IMG/VR virus record: IMGVR_UViG_3300045972_000138
Coordinates: 124,001-188,000 of that record
Length of the DNA stretch: 64,000 nt
Strand: one strand, 5' to 3'
Shown here: in pieces, positions 1-9,124 of the stretch
Layout: the number at the start of each line of letters is the position of its first letter
How positions within the stretch are numbered: position 1 is the first letter of the stretch
Position numbers and translations under genes: made by a program
Notes under the pieces: model-generated
What the model was told of the DNA's origin: nothing
What the model saw: the letters and a program-made list of their open reading frames with translations, nothing else
The model's database searches: none

Positions 1-2
1 AC

Positions 3-410
3 CTTGGTGCTAATGACTTAACCAACAAGCAATATGTTGATCAAGCTATTGCTTCTGGTGCTTCTGCTGGTGCTATCAAGGCGTTCCAGGTAGTAGTTCC
101 GTTGAATGCTAACGGTACAACAAACATTCCTATGCCAACTGGTTCTATGCCAGCTGGTGCAACAGTTCTTTCTGTTAAGGTTAATGTTACAACAATTGAC
201 TCGGGTGCTACAATGTCCGTTGGTAAGACAGGCGCAGTTGCAGCTTACATGACAACAACAGAAAACGATCCACAAACACAAGGTTTGTATGTTTCTGAAT
301 GCTTCGTAACAGAAGCTACAGCTACACAGTTGACAGCCACAGTTGCTGCATCTTCTGGTATTGGTTCTGGTTCTGCAGTTGTTATTGTTCAGTATCAAGT
401 AGCTCAGTAA
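3..410 (+). CDS. C-terminal part of a virion structural (tail/fibre-like) protein, 5'-truncated by the window edge
   Basis: Frame is open from base 3 (LGANDLTNKQYVDQAIASG...). The xNKxYVD repeat motif and Thr/Ala/Gly/Val-rich beta composition are typical of phage fibre/structural proteins. Confidence 0.6.
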   Translation, partial: LGANDLTNKQYVDQAIASGASAGAIKAFQVVVPLNANGTTNIPMPTGSMPAGATVLSVKVNVTTIDSGATMSVGKTGAVAAYMTTTENDPQTQGLYVSECFVTEATATQLTATVAASSGIGSGSAVVIVQYQVAQ

Positions 411-451
411 GCTAATTAACTAACTTAGAAATAAGTTAGTTTAAAATATGG

Positions 452-479
452 GCCTCTATAGAAATGTAGGGGCTTTTTT
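452..479 (+). terminator. Rho-independent terminator
   Basis: GCCTCTATA-gaaa-TGTAGGGGC followed by T6; preceded by a second GAAA-capped hairpin at 418-441. Confidence 0.8.
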
Positions 480-519
480 AATGGCTATTTTTGATAAATA
501 TTGGAATAGGAGAAATATT

Positions 520-870
520 ATGAATTTTATTAAAAGAGTGATGAATGATTGGTTTACTGGCCCAGATGGTGAAACACACGATCCAGCTAGATTTTTGTGG
601 TTTCTTGGTGTTCTAGCATTATTGGTATATACTGGTTTTGACATAGCAAGACACGATAAACTTAATTTAGAAGAATTTGCATTTGCATATAGTAGTTTGT
701 TAGCAGCAGGTGCGGCAGGTGTTAGAATCAAAGAAACATCTGAACCAAAAGGAGTCGTACCACCGATCCCGGTTGTTCCTGCAGTACCTACTAAACCAGC
801 GTCGGCACCTGCAGTTCCCGTATCGGCAACAGATGACGACGATGATATGCCACGCCCACCAAAAGGTTAA
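520..870 (+). CDS. Two-TM membrane protein, holin-like, with Pro-rich C-terminal tail
   Basis: AGGAG SD before ATG 520; ATAAATA late motif at 494-500; two hydrophobic segments (FLWFLGVLALLVYTG, FAFAYSSLLAAGAAGV). Confidence 0.5.
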   Translation: MNFIKRVMNDWFTGPDGETHDPARFLWFLGVLALLVYTGFDIARHDKLNLEEFAFAYSSLLAAGAAGVRIKETSEPKGVVPPIPVVPAVPTKPASAPAVPVSATDDDDDMPRPPKG

Positions 871-893
871 TTTTTACCGTATTTAACACGGTT

Positions 894-910
894 ATGTTGC
901 AATGCAGCAT
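894..910. promoter_or_regulatory. Palindromic operator ATGTTGC-AAT-GCAGCAT (PhaR-box-like)
   Basis: 7+7 inverted repeat with one mismatch and a TGC-N3-GCA core, upstream of the phasin-like gene. Confidence 0.45.
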
Positions 911-1000
911 AAATAATATTACAATGCAATTAACACTGTGTTCATGGTGAAACAGTGTTAGCATTATAACAAGTGGCCACAATGGCACAAAGGAAATATT

Positions 1001-1363
1001 ATGACAACATTTACACAACCTATCGATTTTTACAACTACGCAGCAAGCTTCTACAAGTCCTTGCCAAAGACCGTAGCAGAAGGTAAAGAAGTACTTGAAA
1101 AAGTACAAGCAGTAATCACTACTGAATCCAACAACGTACAAGCCACAGTGAAGGCATACACTGCCGCAGCTAAGAGCTCTACTCCTCTTAAGGATTTTGA
1201 TACAGCAAATAAAAAGGCCGCAGAATTAGTTAAGACAGCAACATTTGCATCTATAGTTGCTATGCCTGGCGCTCTTTTTGTTCTTCCTCTTGTAGTTGAA
1301 AAAGCAAAAGAATTCAAAATTGATCTTGTTCCTGCATCTGTTGCAGCACAGTTCAGCATCTAA
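1001..1363 (+). CDS. Small alpha-helical, Ala/Lys-rich protein; phasin-like candidate
   Basis: AAGGA SD; 120 aa amphipathic helical composition; upstream TGC-N3-GCA palindrome; own terminator. Confidence 0.4.
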   Translation: MTTFTQPIDFYNYAASFYKSLPKTVAEGKEVLEKVQAVITTESNNVQATVKAYTAAAKSSTPLKDFDTANKKAAELVKTATFASIVAMPGALFVLPLVVEKAKEFKIDLVPASVAAQFSI

Positions 1364-1402
1364 TTAGTGTGTTGATATAACACAATATTAGTGTGATAGT
1401 AT

Positions 1403-1424
1403 AAGGCCCTTCGGGGCCTTTCTT
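1403..1424 (+). terminator. Rho-independent terminator with cUUCGg tetraloop
   Basis: AAGGCCC-ttcg-GGGCCTT followed by TCTT. Confidence 0.85.
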
Positions 1425-1427
1425 GTG

Positions 1428-1434
1428 ATAAATA
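1428..1434 (+). promoter_or_regulatory. Late promoter motif ATAAATA (T4 gp55-type TATAAATA variant)
   Basis: Motif lies 5 nt before ATG 1440 with no SD; the same motif recurs at more than 10 gene starts. Confidence 0.7.
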
Positions 1435-1439
1435 CTTGT

Positions 1440-2666
1440 ATGAAGATACTAGAACTACTATTACCAAAAAATCTTAAAGACAAAGATTTATCCCCGAAGA
1501 CTGTCAAGAAAATTGACAATCTTCAACAAAGAATGAACAAATATGTTGATAAGATTAGTGATCCTACTACATCTAAGCAAGGCAAAGATTTCCTTAAAGC
1601 TAAATTAAAATCTGACTACGAAGAGTTGAAAGGCATTATTGAAGACACCATTAATGAGCACGTAGTCAAGCACGGTAGCGGATATAGACTTGTATCGAAA
1701 AAGGGTAAGAATTTAGGTGATTTTAAATCAAAGAAAGCGGCAGGAAAACACGAAGGCGAAGTAGAATGGTTTAAGGCACATCCTAAGGAAAGTATAAATG
1801 AAGGTGATGTTATTCCGTTTAAGAAACCGACCGCACCAATCTCTGGACAAATTTTCTCCGGCTCTACATATTTTATGGACAAATATGCCATAAAAGCAAT
1901 TCAAAAGGCAGGACTTAAGATATTGAGCGCGGGTGGTCCAAACGACGGAGATACAACGGGTAAAGATATTACGGATTACGGACACGACGAAGATATACGC
2001 GAAATACGAGTCGAAGGCCCGCAAGACAAGATACAGAAAGTAGATGCATATCTATGCCGTGCAGCAGAAATGTCCGGCGACGAGGAGGCGTATGGTGGTT
2101 CGTACCCTGCAAGTGATTTAGGTGAGAGCGACTTACCACCAGTGGAGCCAATACAGCCAACCGAAGCATTTGAAGTATATGATCCTAAAACTAATAAGGT
2201 TGTAGGTGGTCCATATGCTTCGAGGTCTCGTGCTCGCGCAAGAGCAGATAAACTAGATAATGCTTACGGTGCATATCGTTATAGAGTACGTAGAGTAGGA
2301 AGTTCGCTTACAGAATCGGTGAACAAACTTCCACTTACAGATGGTGATTTTGAAATAGTGAAGCAAGTAATGTCGCACCCTATTCCTGCAGTTATTGCCC
2401 CTATATACTTACAAGAAATTTTAGATGATGACGAGTTCTCTGCTATGTTGCAAGAATGGGAAGAAACATCACCTGCAATGGATGTTAGGCCACACGTTGT
2501 AGAATGGTTTAAGCGTGTAATGCCAGATCAAATGCATAGATTTCTAAACAACGAACAAACAATGAAGCAAAAAATGGGTTTGCAATCAGTTATACACGGC
2601 TATGAACCCGACGACTATCACGGCGCAGCCGAAGAGTCCTCTGGAAACGCATATGGTAGATACTAA
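1440..2666 (+). CDS. Modular late protein, probable protease-processed internal head protein
   Basis: MKILEL N-terminus; modules separated by (I/L/T)xE|(G/S/A/H) sites (TINE|H, SINE|G, LGE|S, PTE|A, LTE|S). Confidence 0.5.
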   Translation: MKILELLLPKNLKDKDLSPKTVKKIDNLQQRMNKYVDKISDPTTSKQGKDFLKAKLKSDYEELKGIIEDTINEHVVKHGSGYRLVSKKGKNLGDFKSKKAAGKHEGEVEWFKAHPKESINEGDVIPFKKPTAPISGQIFSGSTYFMDKYAIKAIQKAGLKILSAGGPNDGDTTGKDITDYGHDEDIREIRVEGPQDKIQKVDAYLCRAAEMSGDEEAYGGSYPASDLGESDLPPVEPIQPTEAFEVYDPKTNKVVGGPYASRSRARARADKLDNAYGAYRYRVRRVGSSLTESVNKLPLTDGDFEIVKQVMSHPIPAVIAPIYLQEILDDDEFSAMLQEWEETSPAMDVRPHVVEWFKRVMPDQMHRFLNNEQTMKQKMGLQSVIHGYEPDDYHGAAEESSGNAYGRY

Positions 2667-3153
2667 ATTAATTATTTTATTTGCACCAATTTTGCTAGTA
2701 GGTTGCGCTACAGTCCCTGCACCTACTATGACGAATATACCAGAACCGGTTAAGGAAGTAAAGATATTAGCATCAGCGGCACCTATGTTATCTCCCGAGC
2801 CTGTTTATGAAGAACTAGCATCCGGTAGTTTAGAAATGGTTGGTTCATCGGCGGTAGAAATTACAAGCGTAGAAGCAACCGCCGATCCGGTACCTATAGC
2901 ACCCGCAAAAAAGAAGGTAAGACTAATCGATACGGTAACTAGTTCTATAATGAGTACAGCAGAGGCAGCAGTTTCGGATAAAAAAGAAACAATTATATAT
3001 GATGCCACCGGTAATGTAAAAGAGAAAACAGTTGAAGTCGATAAAGGTTCCTTTGTAGACAATATAACAAAACTCGTCGGATTAATTACAGCAACGCTAG
3101 GATTATATATTGGCGTTAAGAAGTTTAGACAACCAGATCCAAGGAAAGTATGA
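2653..3153 (+). CDS. Lipoprotein with C-terminal TM helix (unimolecular-spanin architecture)
   Basis: [17 protein letters not shown]|C lipobox; C-terminal [15 protein letters not shown] followed by KKFR. Confidence 0.5.
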   Translation: MVDTKLIILFAPILLVGCATVPAPTMTNIPEPVKEVKILASAAPMLSPEPVYEELASGSLEMVGSSAVEITSVEATADPVPIAPAKKKVRLIDTVTSSIMSTAEAAVSDKKETIIYDATGNVKEKTVEVDKGSFVDNITKLVGLITATLGLYIGVKKFRQPDPRKV

Positions 3154-3482
3154 CAGATATTATCAGTTTATCAGACGGTGCAGTAGCTAAAATTAAAGAT
3201 ATTTTGGCAGAAGAAAACAACCCAAGTGCCAAATTAAGAATATTTGTGCAAGGTGGCGGCTGCTCTGGATTTAGTTACGGTTTTACCATAGACACAGAAG
3301 TAGCCGAAGACGACACAACTATTTCTAAAGATGGTGTCGACTTACTAGTTGACTCCATGAGCTATCAATACCTAACTGGTGCCGAAGTTGATTACAAAGA
3401 AGAACTAATGGGTGCAAGTTTTGTTATAAACAACCCTAATGCCCAAACAACCTGCGGTTGCGGGTCTTCGTTCTCTGTTTGA
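3150..3482 (+). CDS. erpA: A-type Fe-S carrier, ErpA/HesB family
   Basis: GGGCSGFSY and TTCGCGSSF motifs (Cys ... CGCG). Confidence 0.9.
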   Translation: MTDIISLSDGAVAKIKDILAEENNPSAKLRIFVQGGGCSGFSYGFTIDTEVAEDDTTISKDGVDLLVDSMSYQYLTGAEVDYKEELMGASFVINNPNAQTTCGCGSSFSV

Positions 3483-3507
3483 CTTTCAATAACTTCCCCG
3501 CTATACT
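3479..3507 (+). promoter_or_regulatory. Sigma70-type promoter
   Basis: TTGACT-N17-TATACT. Confidence 0.75.
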
Positions 3508-3527
3508 AGCACACATAAGGAGTCACT

Positions 3528-3785
3528 ATGGCAAATAAATTATCAGACGCAAATTTAATTAGATTAAAACAACTCGTAAACGATGGTGTTCAAGTCCTAC
3601 AAGAATGTGAAGACCTACGTACAGGACTAAGTGAAACAGTAAAAGCAATTGCTGAGGAACTAGAAGTTAAACCTGCTCAATTAAACAAAGTTATTAAGAT
3701 TGCACATAAGTCTAATCTAAATCAAGTTGAAGCAGACTTCGATGAAGTAAAGAGTATGTTGGATCAATTGGGGCGTGGCATCTAA
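3528..3785 (+). CDS. T4 DsbA-like double-stranded DNA-binding protein
   Basis: 85 aa helical protein with the pattern LKQLV..GV....E.EDL...L.ET.KAIAEEL..KP..LNK.IK.AHK; strong AAGGAG SD. Confidence 0.6.
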   Translation: MANKLSDANLIRLKQLVNDGVQVLQECEDLRTGLSETVKAIAEELEVKPAQLNKVIKIAHKSNLNQVEADFDEVKSMLDQLGRGI

Positions 3786-3792
3786 AATTAAG

Positions 3793-3830
3793 ATAAATAC
3801 ATACAACTAATTCAAGGGGTATGTATTTAT
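3793..3830 (+). promoter_or_regulatory. Late promoter embedded in a 12-bp inverted repeat that covers the start codon
   Basis: ATAAATACATAC (3793-3804) / GTATGTATTTAT (3819-3830); ATG at 3829. Confidence 0.7.
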
Positions 3831-6048
3831 GAGTGGTGTATCATTAAGTGGACTTTCGCTAAGTTCTGTTTCGTTAAACGGCATAGGCCATATAACTCCT
3901 GGTGCACCAGTCGCATCATTTACCGCAGATGTAACATCTGGTGCATTACCGTTTAGTGTATTTTTCACAGATACATCAACAGGTACGCCAACAAGCTGGA
4001 CCTGGAACTTTGGTGATGGTACGACATCTACTCTACAAAATCCGTTACATACCTATAACACGATAGGATCATATAATGTATCTGTAACAGTGCATAATTC
4101 CATCGGTACATCCATGAGTACACAACCAACCACTATTACAACAACTGCGATGACAGCAGTATATAGCGGTCTTTGGAATGCAGCATCAAATATACCTTCC
4201 CTAAATAACAGCACAGGTACCGATAATAGTACATATCAAGTATCGACATCGGGTACGGTAGATTTTGGAGCAGGCCCTGTAACAGCACCGACAGGCTCAT
4301 ATATAAGATATCAATCTGGCGCTTGGTTTGTAGTAACACCGCCTAACGTAGATGCAGGTTATGGTACAGATTACTTAGGTGCATGGAATCCAATAGTTAA
4401 CTATCCACTTTTACAAAATGGCGTTAATACAACTGCAGGGGTAAAATACAGAGTTTCAGTATCAGGCGCAGCAGATTTTGGAGCAGGAAGCATAGATTTT
4501 GCACTGGGAGATTATGTAACATATTCTGGTACAGAATGGGAAAAATTAAACTTCTATGCACCTGCGCCAGACAGTAGCAGCCCTACACCGTTAGCTGCAT
4601 TGGCAATAACAGCGGCATTTGCTACTACTCCGTCTGTAAACTTAGGTGCATCGACTGTGTCACCGGCTGTGTTTGGTAAAATGGGGACAGAGAATCTATT
4701 ATTGAATTTCGCAAGAGCAGTAGATATGCTAGATGCTGCATCGGCAACTGGTGCACCAACAAACGATGGAAACGGTACAGACTGGAACGGCTTAATAGAA
4801 CTTTCGGGTGCAGCAACGCAGGCAATGAGCGACAATACAGTTGGCGCTCCATTAATCCCGGATGATGTTATGTCACAACTTACAATTGAGTGGTTCTTAA
4901 CAGTAGCCGTAAGTACGATACCCGGCGATCTTGACTCTCCAATTGACATACAAAAAACATTTGAAAGGATGTGTATCTCAGATCCGGCAGCAACAAAAGA
5001 ATTATACGATGGATTAACAAATGTGCTTACTAACTTGTTAACTTCTGTAGCTCTCACACCGGATGATTTAAAATATATACCGCAGGACGAACATGCTGGT
5101 ATAGATTATGGCACAACCCTAGATGTATTATTGTCAACTCATACATTGCAAGATCTACTAGGATACTTAACCGGCTGGCGCAATTCATTGCACCAATATG
5201 TTGATGCAGATGCAGGTATACCTACATCTATCTTTACAGCAGATAAAACAATTGTACTTGATCCAAACAATATAAGAACAATTACAATTAACTCTGGTGA
5301 AACAATAGCATTTACTGATATGTCAACTCATAACCCGGATAAATGGAATTGGGATTTTGGTGACGGGACGACATCTATAGAACAAAACCCAACGCATACG
5401 TTTACCGTTGACACACAGCAAGACTTTACAGTTGATATGTATGCCGCTAACTTCTTAAAGAGAAGTGCCAATGTAGATAGCGTTGTAGTTACAGTTAAAC
5501 CAGTTACACCTACAGTAAGTTTCACAATTACCCCAACAACCGGTAATGCACCTATCTATATTAACCTAACTGATACAACACCAGGCAATCCCAATAATTG
5601 GGTATGGGACATGGGTGATGGCAATATATCATACGGAAAAAATACAGCGTATATATATCAGACACCGGGAACATATACGATTACATTAACTGTTACTTAC
5701 GTAGGTGGTGCGACTGCTTCCGGATCTAATCAGTTCGTTGCTACAACGACTATGTACAGACTTACATTTACTGATGATACTGGCACCACATTGCCTATAC
5801 ACTCCGATGGAGCACAGGTATACCCAGTTGTGTCAGGTGATTTCCCAGTTGATCGTTCAGTAGTAGATGCATTATGTTCGCAGTTGAGTGGTTTTGCTTG
5901 GCCGCTTAATAGCGGAGTACCAGGGGTGTTTAACAATCCTCCGCAACCTGAATCAACGGGCCAATTAATTCTTACATATAGAAATTATTTCTTTATGGAT
6001 AATCAAAACTATGGACGTTGGTTATATTTACATATCACCCCACTTTAA
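3829..6048 (+). CDS. PKD-domain virion structural/tail protein
   Basis: Three PKD repeats (FTDTS...W.W.FGDG.TS..QNP.HTY) and two copies of the Y.G.WN....P.L...G.....Y.VS.SG..DFGAG module. Confidence 0.8.
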   Translation: MSGVSLSGLSLSSVSLNGIGHITPGAPVASFTADVTSGALPFSVFFTDTSTGTPTSWTWNFGDGTTSTLQNPLHTYNTIGSYNVSVTVHNSIGTSMSTQPTTITTTAMTAVYSGLWNAASNIPSLNNSTGTDNSTYQVSTSGTVDFGAGPVTAPTGSYIRYQSGAWFVVTPPNVDAGYGTDYLGAWNPIVNYPLLQNGVNTTAGVKYRVSVSGAADFGAGSIDFALGDYVTYSGTEWEKLNFYAPAPDSSSPTPLAALAITAAFATTPSVNLGASTVSPAVFGKMGTENLLLNFARAVDMLDAASATGAPTNDGNGTDWNGLIELSGAATQAMSDNTVGAPLIPDDVMSQLTIEWFLTVAVSTIPGDLDSPIDIQKTFERMCISDPAATKELYDGLTNVLTNLLTSVALTPDDLKYIPQDEHAGIDYGTTLDVLLSTHTLQDLLGYLTGWRNSLHQYVDADAGIPTSIFTADKTIVLDPNNIRTITINSGETIAFTDMSTHNPDKWNWDFGDGTTSIEQNPTHTFTVDTQQDFTVDMYAANFLKRSANVDSVVVTVKPVTPTVSFTITPTTGNAPIYINLTDTTPGNPNNWVWDMGDGNISYGKNTAYIYQTPGTYTITLTVTYVGGATASGSNQFVATTTMYRLTFTDDTGTTLPIHSDGAQVYPVVSGDFPVDRSVVDALCSQLSGFAWPLNSGVPGVFNNPPQPESTGQLILTYRNYFFMDNQNYGRWLYLHITPL

Positions 6049-6124
6049 TAAGAAAACCTTGCTCTTTATAATACAAGGCTGTTAAACTACACAGCTAAGT
6101 ATTATATACGCAAGGAGTTCAAAA

Positions 6125-9070
6125 ATTTACATCGATGCACTATTTAAAAGAGGCGGAGACAGTGAAATTATTAGAGTGGTCGAACGTGTAAACGGTAAAC
6201 GTGTTTACAAAGAATATCCGCCCGACTATCATTTCTATTTAAGCGATCCAAAAGGTACGAGCAAATCTATTTACGGTAATCCTGTAAAGAAAATTGTGCC
6301 ACGTACCTTTGTTGAAAAACAAAAGATACTTAAAACACTATCGCACAACACAACAAAATGGGAGAGCGACGTTGATCCTATTTTTAGATGTTTCGAGCAA
6401 AACTATTCATCAGGTGAAGCACCTGTACTGAACGTAGCGTTCTTCGACATTGAAACCAGCTTTGACAAAGAGAAAGGCTGGTCTGAAGCAAGCGAAGCAA
6501 ACAATTATATAACTTCAATATCTGTTCACTTACAGTGGCTAGACGAAATCATATGTTTGGCCGTACCACCCGATACACTAACCTGGGACGAAGCACAAGC
6601 AATCGCAGCCGAAGTTGGGAACACTGTACTATTTGAAAAAGAATCGGAAATGCTTAATGCGTTTATCGATGTTATCGAAGATGCAGATGCACTAAGCGGC
6701 TGGAATAGCGAAGCATACGATATTCCGTATACAGTAAACAGAATTAAAAAAGTTCTAGGTAAACACGAAGCTAGACGCTTATGTTTGTGGGAACAGGAGC
6801 CTAAAAAGCGCGAATTTGAGCGTGGTGGCAAGACATCTGAGACATACGATCTATTGGGCAGAATACACATAGATTATATGCAAATTTATAAGAAGTATAA
6901 CTATGAAGAACGACACAGTTATGCACTTAACGCAATTGCAGAAGCAGAATTAGGCGAAACTAAGGTTGCGTATGAAGGTACACTTGATGAACTTTATAAT
7001 GATGACTTCAAGACATTCTTAGAATACAACATCCAGGATACACGACTACTTGATCAATTAGACAAGAAGTTGCAGTTTATTGACTTAGCTAATTCTATTG
7101 CGCATTCATCTTGCGTATCTATTCAGACAACAATGGGCGCGGTTGCAGTTACAGACCAAAACGTCTTAATGGAAGCACACGGTAGAAACCTTGTATGCCC
7201 GGATAAGAAGCACAGCAAGGAAAGCGAAGCAAATAGAGCAGCAGGTGCGTGGGTTGCAACACCTAAGAAGGGATTCCACAAATGGATTGGGTCAACTGAC
7301 ATGAAGTCACTGTATCCATCTGTTATTCGTGCGCTGAATATGAGTCCGGAAACTATTGTAGGACAGATTACCCTGACACGAACGAACGATGCAATTAGAG
7401 CGTGGGAAGCTAAAGGCAGCAAATACACATTTGCATCTTGGTGGAACGACAGATTTAATGTGTTAGAAATGGAAGAGTTTTACGCAAATGATATTGGCAC
7501 AAAACTTACATTAGAAATGGAAGATGGTAATGTATTTGAACTTACAGGTGCAGAACTACGTGAGCTAATTTTCAACGGTAACCAGCCTTGGTGCATTAGT
7601 GCGAACGGTACTATATTCAGGACAGACATAGATGGTGTTATTCCGTCGCTGTTGTCGCGTTGGTATAGTGAACGTAAGATACTTCAAGGTATTATGACTA
7701 ACTATCAAGATATTGAAGACAATCCCAAAATCGAAGGTACAAAAGTCCCAGCAGATATGTTTACGGAAGCTGATATACTAGATGCAGAAATTAGAGCAAA
7801 TCCGTACTCCGAACACGATGCTTATAGACCTAAGAAGCTAAAGGAATTAATAGCCGAAGGTAATAATAAGCGTGTAGTGCAATATATGAACCAGCACGGT
7901 CTAACAGTTAAAGACGGCAAGGCAATTGCTAGAGATCAAAAGACATTAAAGAGTATTGTTGGCTTTTGGGATAAACGTCAACTTGTTAAGAAAATTAACT
8001 TGAACTCTGCATATGGTGCGTTGTTGAATGCTGGTAGTCGATTCTTTGATCAACGTTTAGGTCAATCAACAACGTTAACAGGTCGTACTATTACGCGACA
8101 TATGGCATCTAAGACAAACGAAATGATTGATGGTGAGTACAATCATTACGGAAGGACTATTATTTATGGTGATACTGACTCTTGCTATTTTAGTGCATAT
8201 CCTGTTCTAAAGGAAGAAATTGATAGGGGAGATATCTTGTGGACAAAGGAAAGTATTATTGATTTGTATAACGATCTTGCTAAGGCAGTATCTGCAACAT
8301 TCCCGGAATTCTTGTTAACTACATTAAATGTGCCGTTAAAGAAATCTACAGGTGTTATTGCAAGTTCGCGTGAAACAGTTTCCGAAAGTGGTATCTGGAT
8401 GGTTAAGAAGCGTTATGCTTGTTTAATGTACGATAAGGATGGTATTAGATTAGATGCAGCAGGCAAGGTAGGTAAAGTTAAGGCTATGGGCCTAGATTTG
8501 AAGCGTGCTGATACTCCTAAGTTTGTGCAAAAATTCTTATCCGAAATCTTAATGGATGCACTTACAGACAAAGGTGAGAACTTTATTATTGATAAGATTC
8601 GTAAATTCAAACAACAATTTGAAGATATGAAACCGTGGCAACAGGGTACTCCGCGAGCAGTTAATAATTTAACTCGTTACAGAGAGAAAATTGAATTAGC
8701 TGCAATGAAAAAGCTCAAAGGCGAAGATATGGGCAACTTGCACGTTCCTGGTCACGTTAGCGCAAGTTTGGCATGGAATAGATTGCGCGATATAAACAAC
8801 GATCAGCACGCAATGCGTATTATCGACGGTCAGAAAATTATTGTTTGTAAATTAAAAGACACAGTAGAAAACCGTACATCTAGCATTGCATATCCAGTCG
8901 ACGAATTGCACTTACCAGAATGGTTCTTAAGATTACCATTTGATAGCGAAGGTATGCAGGATGGCATTGTCGATAAGAAGATTGAGAACTTATTAGGTGT
9001 TCTAAAATGGGATCTTAGCAGAACCCAAAAAGAGCACGAGCACTTAGAAACATTATTCAGCTTCGCTTGA
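6125..9070 (+). CDS. polB: Family B DNA polymerase (T4 gp43-like); probable AUU start at 6125
   Basis: ExoI FFDIET, motif A DMKSLYPS, motif B KINLNSAYG, motif C YGDTDS, KKRY. AAGGAG at 6112-6117 sits 7 nt before ATT-TAC-ATC-GAT-GCA. Confidence 0.95.
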   Translation: MYIDALFKRGGDSEIIRVVERVNGKRVYKEYPPDYHFYLSDPKGTSKSIYGNPVKKIVPRTFVEKQKILKTLSHNTTKWESDVDPIFRCFEQNYSSGEAPVLNVAFFDIETSFDKEKGWSEASEANNYITSISVHLQWLDEIICLAVPPDTLTWDEAQAIAAEVGNTVLFEKESEMLNAFIDVIEDADALSGWNSEAYDIPYTVNRIKKVLGKHEARRLCLWEQEPKKREFERGGKTSETYDLLGRIHIDYMQIYKKYNYEERHSYALNAIAEAELGETKVAYEGTLDELYNDDFKTFLEYNIQDTRLLDQLDKKLQFIDLANSIAHSSCVSIQTTMGAVAVTDQNVLMEAHGRNLVCPDKKHSKESEANRAAGAWVATPKKGFHKWIGSTDMKSLYPSVIRALNMSPETIVGQITLTRTNDAIRAWEAKGSKYTFASWWNDRFNVLEMEEFYANDIGTKLTLEMEDGNVFELTGAELRELIFNGNQPWCISANGTIFRTDIDGVIPSLLSRWYSERKILQGIMTNYQDIEDNPKIEGTKVPADMFTEADILDAEIRANPYSEHDAYRPKKLKELIAEGNNKRVVQYMNQHGLTVKDGKAIARDQKTLKSIVGFWDKRQLVKKINLNSAYGALLNAGSRFFDQRLGQSTTLTGRTITRHMASKTNEMIDGEYNHYGRTIIYGDTDSCYFSAYPVLKEEIDRGDILWTKESIIDLYNDLAKAVSATFPEFLLTTLNVPLKKSTGVIASSRETVSESGIWMVKKRYACLMYDKDGIRLDAAGKVGKVKAMGLDLKRADTPKFVQKFLSEILMDALTDKGENFIIDKIRKFKQQFEDMKPWQQGTPRAVNNLTRYREKIELAAMKKLKGEDMGNLHVPGHVSASLAWNRLRDINNDQHAMRIIDGQKIIVCKLKDTVENRTSSIAYPVDELHLPEWFLRLPFDSEGMQDGIVDKKIENLLGVLKWDLSRTQKEHEHLETLFSFA

Positions 9071-9075
9071 AGCTG

Positions 9076-9104
9076 TTGACTTTCGGCTGTAATACAGCTA
9101 CACT
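9076..9104 (+). promoter_or_regulatory. Sigma70-type promoter
   Basis: TTGACT-N17-TACACT. Confidence 0.7.
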
Positions 9105-9124
9105 ACTTTATATAGGAGATTTTT

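Noticed and set aside
7679-7966. About 96-aa stretch between the polymerase fingers helices, considered as an intein
   Set aside because: No N-terminal Cys/Ser block or C-terminal His-Asn, no LAGLIDADG motif; T4/RB69-type polymerases also have long fingers-tip extensions.
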